Both the position numbers and the translations under genes were made by a program. From Burkholderiaceae bacterium (GTDB taxonomy: Bacteria > Pseudomonadota > Gammaproteobacteria > Burkholderiales > Burkholderiaceae_C): a stretch of DNA of 64,000 nt. The DNA lies in the NCBI GenBank assembly GCA_040382935.1, contig JBEIEP010000015.1, forward strand, positions 213 to 64,212, written 5' to 3'. Shown here piece by piece: positions 58,596 through 64,000 of this stretch. The notes under the pieces are model-generated. The model was not told the origin of the DNA. It searched no databases and saw only the letters and a program-made list of their open reading frames with translations. Each line of letters opens with the position of its first letter. The stretch's first letter is position 1.

Positions 58596-61500
58596 CTACC
58601 CCACAAACCGCCGTGCGTTCACCCACATCTGCATCCACGGGCTGTACTCAGACAAGTCTTGAGGGGTCCAGCTCATTTGCACGTTGCGAAACACCCGTTC
58701 GGGGTGGGGCATCATGGCGGTAAAGCGCCCGTCGGGGGTGCATACCGCTGTTAGGCCTTGGGGGCTGCCATTGGGGTTAAAGGGGTAGCGCTCGGTGGGC
58801 GCGCCCTGGTGGTCCACAAACTGCATGGCGGCTATCACCTGGGTGCTATCGCCCTGCCCGCCCTGGTGCGGGTCAAAATTGGCAAAACCCTCGCCGTGGG
58901 CCACCGCAATGGGCAGGCGCGACTCGGCCATGCCAGCAAAGAACAGGCTGGGTGACGGTAACACCTTGACCATGGCAAAGCGGGCTTCAAAGCGTTCACT
59001 TTGGTTAGTGGTAAAGCGCGGCCAATGTTGGGCACCGGGGATGATGGTGGCCAATTCGGCAAACATTTGGCAGCCGTTGCACACCCCTAGGCCAAAGGTG
59101 TCACCCCTGGCAAAAAACTGTTGGAACTGGTCAGACAAGGCGGGGTTAAAGGTAATCGAACGGGCCCAACCCACCCCCGCGCCCAAGGTGTCGCCGTAGC
59201 TAAAACCACCACAAGCCACCAAGCCAATAAAGTCTTTGAGCTGGACGCGCCCGCTTTGCAGGTCCGTCATGTGCACATCGTAGGACTCAAAACCGGCCAT
59301 CTCAAACGCGTAGGCCATCTCGCGGTGCGAGTTGACGCCCTGCTCTCGCAACACGGCTACTTTGGGTTTTTGGGTAAGCAACCCCGGCGCTTGCAACTTG
59401 CCTGACTTTAGGCTGGGCGCAAAACTCAGGTGCACATGGTGGCCGTTGTCTGTAGGATCTCCACAGGCGGCATGTTCAGCGTCAGCACAAGCCGGGTTGT
59501 CGCGCTGGCGGGCAATGCGCCACGACACCACGTCCCACACTTGGTGCAGGTCTTGCAAACTGGCGCTGAACAACTGGGTGGCATCGCGCCAAATCTGAAT
59601 CGCGTCTTTGCCTGCATCGACGGTGGATGAGCGCGGGCGGGTTTTGCCAATCACATGGCTACAGGTGGCCAGGCCATGCTCGCGCAACACTTGCATCACC
59701 GCAGAGCGATCAGCCGTTTTGATTTGTAGGACAGCACCCAGCTCTTCGCAAAACAGGGCGGCCAAGCTGGCATGGTGACGGCGGCCGCTGATTTGCTGCG
59801 CCCAGTTTTTGGAGTCGCCCACATCCATAGGCGCCGTGCCTTGTGCCGGTGCCGCTTGGCTGGCGGGCACCAACAACATATCGATGTTGAGCGCCACACC
59901 CACTTGGCCCGCAAAGGCCATCTCGCACACTGCGGCCAACAAACCACCGTCGCTGCGGTCGTGGTAGGCCAGTAGCAGGCCCTTGGCACGCAAGGCGTTC
60001 ACGGCTTTGAATAAATGAACCAGGTCTTCGGGGTGGTCCAGGTCGGGCACCTCGTCGCCCACCTGGTTTTGGGTTTGCAGCAATATGCTGCCGCCCAGGC
60101 GATGTTGGCCCCTGCCCAAATCGACCAACACCAAACTGCTATCGGCTTCGTCGCGGTTGAGCTGCGGGGTGAGCGTGGAGCGAACATCCTCTACCGCGGC
60201 AAAGGCGGTGACCACCAAGCTAACGGGGGATACCACCTTTTTCTGAACCGAGGGTGCATGGGCGTCTTGGGTGCTTGCGCCCCCTATGCCGGTTTCGCTT
60301 TCATCAACCGCTTGCGGATTTAGTGGCTTTAGCGGCTCTGGCGGCTCCTGCCATTGCGTGCGCATGGACAAGGAATCTTTGCCCACCGGGATGCCAATGC
60401 CCAGCGCAGGGCACAAGTCTATGCCCACCGCCTGCACGGTTTGGTAAAGCGCGGCGTCTTCACCGGGCTCGCCACAGGCGGCCATCCAGTTGGCCGACAG
60501 TTTGACTTCGGACAGTTCTACCGGCGCAGACAGCAAATTGGTCAGGCTTTCGGCAATCGCCATGCGGCCCGAGGCGGGGGCGTTTAAGGCGGCCAGGGGC
60601 GTGCGTTCTCCCAAGGCCATGGCCTCGCCTTTAAACCCGGCGTAATCGGCCAAGGTCACCGCGCAGTCGGCCACGGGCACTTGCCAGGGGCCTACCATTT
60701 GGTCACGATGGGTGAGGCCACCCACGGTTCTATCACCTATGGTGATTAAAAAACGCTTGCTGGCCACCGTGGGGTGGCTCAGTACGGCCAGCACCGCGTC
60801 TTGTAGCGGCAAGGCACTCAAGTCCACCGGGGTGCCCTTCCAGGCCAAAGAATTCACCTTGCGATGCATTTTGGGTGGTTTGCCCAGCAATACGTCCAGG
60901 GGCATGTTCACGGGTGCCACGGATTGGGTCACATCCTGCCCTTGGTAGTGCACCACCAGGTCACGCTTTTCAGTGGCAACACCCACTACCGCAAATGGGC
61001 AGCGCTCTCGCTGGCAGATGGCCTCAAACAAAGGCAGGTGCTCGGGCGCAATGGCCAGTACATAGCGCTCTTGGCTTTCGTTGCACCAAATCTCTTTGGG
61101 GGCCATGCCCGACTCTTCTAGCGGCACGGCGTCTAGGTTAAAGCGCGCGCCACAACCGGCGTCGTTCACCAACTCCGGAAAGGCGTTGCTCAGGCCCCCC
61201 GCGCCCACATCGTGGATCGCCAAAATCGGGTTGCCTGCACCCAAGTGGCGACAACGGTTAATCACCTCTTGTGCGCGGCGCTCAATCTCGGGGTTGCCGC
61301 GTTGCACCGAATCAAAGTCCAAATCGGCCGCGTTGGTGCCACTGGCCAGCGAACTGGCAGCGCCACCGCCCATGCCAATGCGCATCCCTGGCCCACCCAA
61401 TTGGATCAACAAACTGCCGGGGCCAAATTCAATCTTTGGCGTCTGGCTGTCTGCAATGGTGCCCAGGCCTCCGGCCAACATAATGGGCTTGTGGTAACCC

Positions 61501-62789
61501 CGGTGAACACCATCCACCTCTAGCTCGTATTCCCGAAAATACCCGAGCAGGTTGGGCCTACCAAATTCATTGTTAAACGCCGCCCCACCCAATGGCCCTT
61601 CGGTCATGATTTGCAAGGGGCTGGCGATGTGCGCTGGGCGGCCGTAGGGCTTGAGGGCCGCTGCTCCCGTGCTCGGGGTTTCGTCGTCCCACGCCAGTCG
61701 CGATACAGAAAACCCGGTCAGCCCCGCTTTAGGGGCAGAGCCTCGGCCTGTCGCTCCCTCGTCCCGAATCTCACCGCCCGCGCCGGTACTGGCCCCTGGG
61801 AATGGTGAGATAGCGGTGGGATGGTTGTGGGTTTCTACCTTCATCACCACGTGCTGGAGGGCTTGTCCGCGCTGGTAGCGCATGGCCGTGCCGCCTTCTG
61901 TGGCCACTGGGAAATAGCTCTCTACGCTATGCCCTTGCATAATCGCCGCGTTGTCGGCGTAGGCCAAAACAGTATGCTGGGGTGCTAGCTTTTCGGTGTT
62001 GCGTATCATCCCAAACAGGGTGTGGGGCTGCTCTTGCCCATCAATGCTGAACTGGGCGTTAAAGATTTTGTGGCGGCAATGTTCGCTATTGGCCTGTGCG
62101 AACATCATCAACTCGACATCGTTGGGGTTGCGCCCCAGCTTACGAAAGGCATCCACCAAGTAGTCGATTTCATCGGCGGCCAGTGCAAAACCAAATTGCT
62201 GGTTGGCGCGCTCCAGGTTTAGGGCGGCTTGGGCAATGTCGGTGGTCATTACATCCACCTGGGCCATGGCCGGTGCCACTACGCTGGCAAACAACTGGGT
62301 GCAAGCGGCCCGGTCCAACCAACAGGACTCGGTCATGCGGTCCATCAACACGGGGGCCAGGGCCAAGCGTTGGGCGTCACTCAAGGGAGGTGACCCTGCG
62401 CCAAACTCAAAGTGGTACTCCACCAATCGTTCGATGCGTTTGATCTGTAAACCACAGTTCAAGGCAATGTCCGTGGCCTTTGAAGCCCAGGGCGACACCG
62501 TGCCAAGCCGTGGGCCTACCAACACTGCGGCGGTGCTGTCGGATGGGGCAATATCGGCAGGAGGTCCGTAATCGAGCAACTGCGCAGCACGGGCCAGCAA
62601 TGTGGGCTCAGGCGAATCCTTGAGCCACAGGGCGTGCACATAACGCGCACGAACGTTGGTAACCAAGGGTTGAATGGCTTGTAGCTGCGCCAACAAGCGG
62701 GTACGACGAAATGCGCTAAGCGCTTGTCCGCCGTCGAGAAAGATGTGAGTTTCAGACAACGCATTCACCAAGTATGTAGAGGCCACCAT
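58596..62789 (-). CDS. purL: Phosphoribosylformylglycinamidine synthase (large single-chain PurL)
   Basis: The N-terminus has [20 protein letters not shown]-synthase-like repeats follow, then a C-terminal glutaminase (GVCNGCQM). I chose the ATG at 62789. The ORF-track start at 62852 adds a non-homologous leader. Confidence 0.95.
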   Translation of the reverse strand: MVASTYLVNALSETHIFLDGGQALSAFRRTRLLAQLQAIQPLVTNVRARYVHALWLKDSPEPTLLARAAQLLDYGPPADIAPSDSTAAVLVGPRLGTVSPWASKATDIALNCGLQIKRIERLVEYHFEFGAGSPPLSDAQRLALAPVLMDRMTESCWLDRAACTQLFASVVAPAMAQVDVMTTDIAQAALNLERANQQFGFALAADEIDYLVDAFRKLGRNPNDVELMMFAQANSEHCRHKIFNAQFSIDGQEQPHTLFGMIRNTEKLAPQHTVLAYADNAAIMQGHSVESYFPVATEGGTAMRYQRGQALQHVVMKVETHNHPTAISPFPGASTGAGGEIRDEGATGRGSAPKAGLTGFSVSRLAWDDETPSTGAAALKPYGRPAHIASPLQIMTEGPLGGAAFNNEFGRPNLLGYFREYELEVDGVHRGYHKPIMLAGGLGTIADSQTPKIEFGPGSLLIQLGGPGMRIGMGGGAASSLASGTNAADLDFDSVQRGNPEIERRAQEVINRCRHLGAGNPILAIHDVGAGGLSNAFPELVNDAGCGARFNLDAVPLEESGMAPKEIWCNESQERYVLAIAPEHLPLFEAICQRERCPFAVVGVATEKRDLVVHYQGQDVTQSVAPVNMPLDVLLGKPPKMHRKVNSLAWKGTPVDLSALPLQDAVLAVLSHPTVASKRFLITIGDRTVGGLTHRDQMVGPWQVPVADCAVTLADYAGFKGEAMALGERTPLAALNAPASGRMAIAESLTNLLSAPVELSEVKLSANWMAACGEPGEDAALYQTVQAVGIDLCPALGIGIPVGKDSLSMRTQWQEPPEPLKPLNPQAVDESETGIGGASTQDAHAPSVQKKVVSPVSLVVTAFAAVEDVRSTLTPQLNRDEADSSLVLVDLGRGQHRLGGSILLQTQNQVGDEVPDLDHPEDLVHLFKAVNALRAKGLLLAYHDRSDGGLLAAVCEMAFAGQVGVALNIDMLLVPASQAAPAQGTAPMDVGDSKNWAQQISGRRHHASLAALFCEELGAVLQIKTADRSAVMQVLREHGLATCSHVIGKTRPRSSTVDAGKDAIQIWRDATQLFSASLQDLHQVWDVVSWRIARQRDNPACADAEHAACGDPTDNGHHVHLSFAPSLKSGKLQAPGLLTQKPKVAVLREQGVNSHREMAYAFEMAGFESYDVHMTDLQSGRVQLKDFIGLVACGGFSYGDTLGAGVGWARSITFNPALSDQFQQFFARGDTFGLGVCNGCQMFAELATIIPGAQHWPRFTTNQSERFEARFAMVKVLPSPSLFFAGMAESRLPIAVAHGEGFANFDPHQGGQGDSTQVIAAMQFVDHQGAPTERYPFNPNGSPQGLTAVCTPDGRFTAMMPHPERVFRNVQMSWTPQDLSEYSPWMQMWVNARRFVG

Positions 62790-62861
62790 CAAAAGCAGCC
62801 GAGGCAATCCAGCTCGGCATTTTACCGGCCTGAGCCCCGCCAACTTTGGCAAGCCGATGGC

Positions 62862-64000
62862 CTATTTCCAGTTCGCGGCAATCACTGGGTTAAGTGCGGT
62901 TTGGTAATTCGCAGGCAGAGTGACTTGTCCGCTCACAGGTATCTTAAAGGCCGCCATCGCTGATACCAAGGCGTCCACCCGGCTGTGCAGCAGGGCTTTT
63001 CCGTCGGAGGTGCTGAACTGCTCAATATGGTGTGCGTCGCCCAAATACCAGTTCACAATAGTAGTCTTATCCTTAGAGCCGATCACACTCACTTCCAAAT
63101 TCGACCCCAAGCGGCGCAACCAAATTTGGTTTGCAGAAATACCAGGGCCGATAGAGAGGCTGTCGGAGTTGCCAATTGACCCATCCACATCGAAAATCGC
63201 ATCGGCGCCAGATCCGCTGCCAAAGCGATACAGGTCGTTGCCCAAGCCGCCGTTCAAGATGTCGTTGCCCGCACCCCCCAACAATGTATCCGCGCCCTTT
63301 CCCCCGAGCAGGGTGTCGTCACCCCCTTCACCAGCCAAGGTGTTGCCTACGTCGTTTGCGGTAAGGGTGTTGTTTAATTCATTACCAACGCCGCTGATTG
63401 GGGCAGAACCGGTCATCGTCAGATTCTCGACATTGGCTCCCAAGGCATAGCTAATACTGGCTTTAACACTGTCAGTGCCTTGATTTACTAACTCGGTTAC
63501 CGTATCACCCGCGCTGTCGACGTCGTAAACGTCGTTCCCCGCGCCACCCACCATCTGGTCAAAGCCCAATCCCCCCAAAAGAATATCGGCACCTTTACCT
63601 CCTCTCAAAATGTCATTCCCAGCCTCGCCAGACAGAGTGTTGCCTCCATCGTTAGCGGTTATGATATTGTTCAATTCGTTGCCGGTTCCTTGCTTCGCGG
63701 TAGTGGCAACCAGTGCCAAGTTCTCCACATTGACACCAAGGGTGTAGTTGACGCTAGCGTTGACCAAATCAATCCCTTCTCCGACCAATTCGCTGACCTT
63801 ATCACCCACGTCGTCTACGCCGTAGGTATCGTTGCCCGCACCGCCAGCCATCTGATCGGGTCCGGCGCCACCGAGTAGCATATCGGCGCCTAAGCCACCG
63901 CGCAGAGTGTCATTTCCCAAAGAACCAAACAAGGTGTTGCCCGCATCGTTTGCGACCATCGTGTTATTCAATTCGTTGCCTGTTCCATTGATGGCGGCTG
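62862..64000 (-). CDS. RTX-type calcium-binding repeat protein, probable type I secretion substrate (5' end outside the window)
   Basis: Many GGxGxD nonapeptides (GGLGADMLLGGAGPDQMAGGAGND). The frame stays open to 64000. The C-terminal non-repeat tail is typical of T1SS substrates. Confidence 0.8.
   Translation of the reverse strand, partial: AAINGTGNELNNTMVANDAGNTLFGSLGNDTLRGGLGADMLLGGAGPDQMAGGAGNDTYGVDDVGDKVSELVGEGIDLVNASVNYTLGVNVENLALVATTAKQGTGNELNNIITANDGGNTLSGEAGNDILRGGKGADILLGGLGFDQMVGGAGNDVYDVDSAGDTVTELVNQGTDSVKASISYALGANVENLTMTGSAPISGVGNELNNTLTANDVGNTLAGEGGDDTLLGGKGADTLLGGAGNDILNGGLGNDLYRFGSGSGADAIFDVDGSIGNSDSLSIGPGISANQIWLRRLGSNLEVSVIGSKDKTTIVNWYLGDAHHIEQFSTSDGKALLHSRVDALVSAMAAFKIPVSGQVTLPANYQTALNPVIAANWK
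63230..64000 (-). repeat. Tandem 297-bp (99-aa) coding repeats inside the RTX gene
   Basis: GNELNN..ANDxGNTL... recurs at aa 1, 100 and 199 of the ORF-track protein, an exact 99-aa period. There are two full units and one partial unit in the window. Confidence 0.6.

Noticed and set aside
58596-62852. 1418-aa PurL ORF start at 62852
   Set aside because: The first 21 codons ([21 protein letters not shown]) are not PurL-like. Homology begins near …[14 protein letters not shown], so I used the ATG at 62789.

Overview
High-GC chromosomal segment (about 56-60% GC in hand-counted stretches). Its gene order looks betaproteobacterial (Burkholderiales/Comamonadaceae-like); this taxon call is inference from gene content. 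Core blocks are glyA-nrdR-ribD-ribE, guaB-guaA, rnfH-ratA/smpB, rimP-nusA-infB-rbfA-truB-typA, yejABEF, fabI and purL. Between them sit accessory oxidoreductase and regulator genes, three tandem bactofilin paralogs, a partial RTX protein and a partial lipoprotein cyclophilin at the window edges. The core is interrupted by many type II toxin-antitoxin modules: two vapBC, one higBA-like, one phd-vapC, one mqsRA, one decayed relE-like pair and one orphan HTH antitoxin homolog. There is also one truncated IS3-family relic. The standout is a roughly 5.2 kb low-GC insert (26529-31751, about 43% GC by hand count) bounded by partial copies of the guaA 3' end. It carries a co-directional block: decayed RelE-like toxin, HTH protein, an 800-aa cytoplasmic GAF/histidine-kinase-like sensor, and a 513-aa receiver domain fused to a protein-kinase-like (APH-type) effector. 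I flag this as a candidate undescribed two-component signalling or defence module. I saw no rRNA, tRNA or CRISPR array. Coordinates of refined starts were derived from the ORF track by codon arithmetic.
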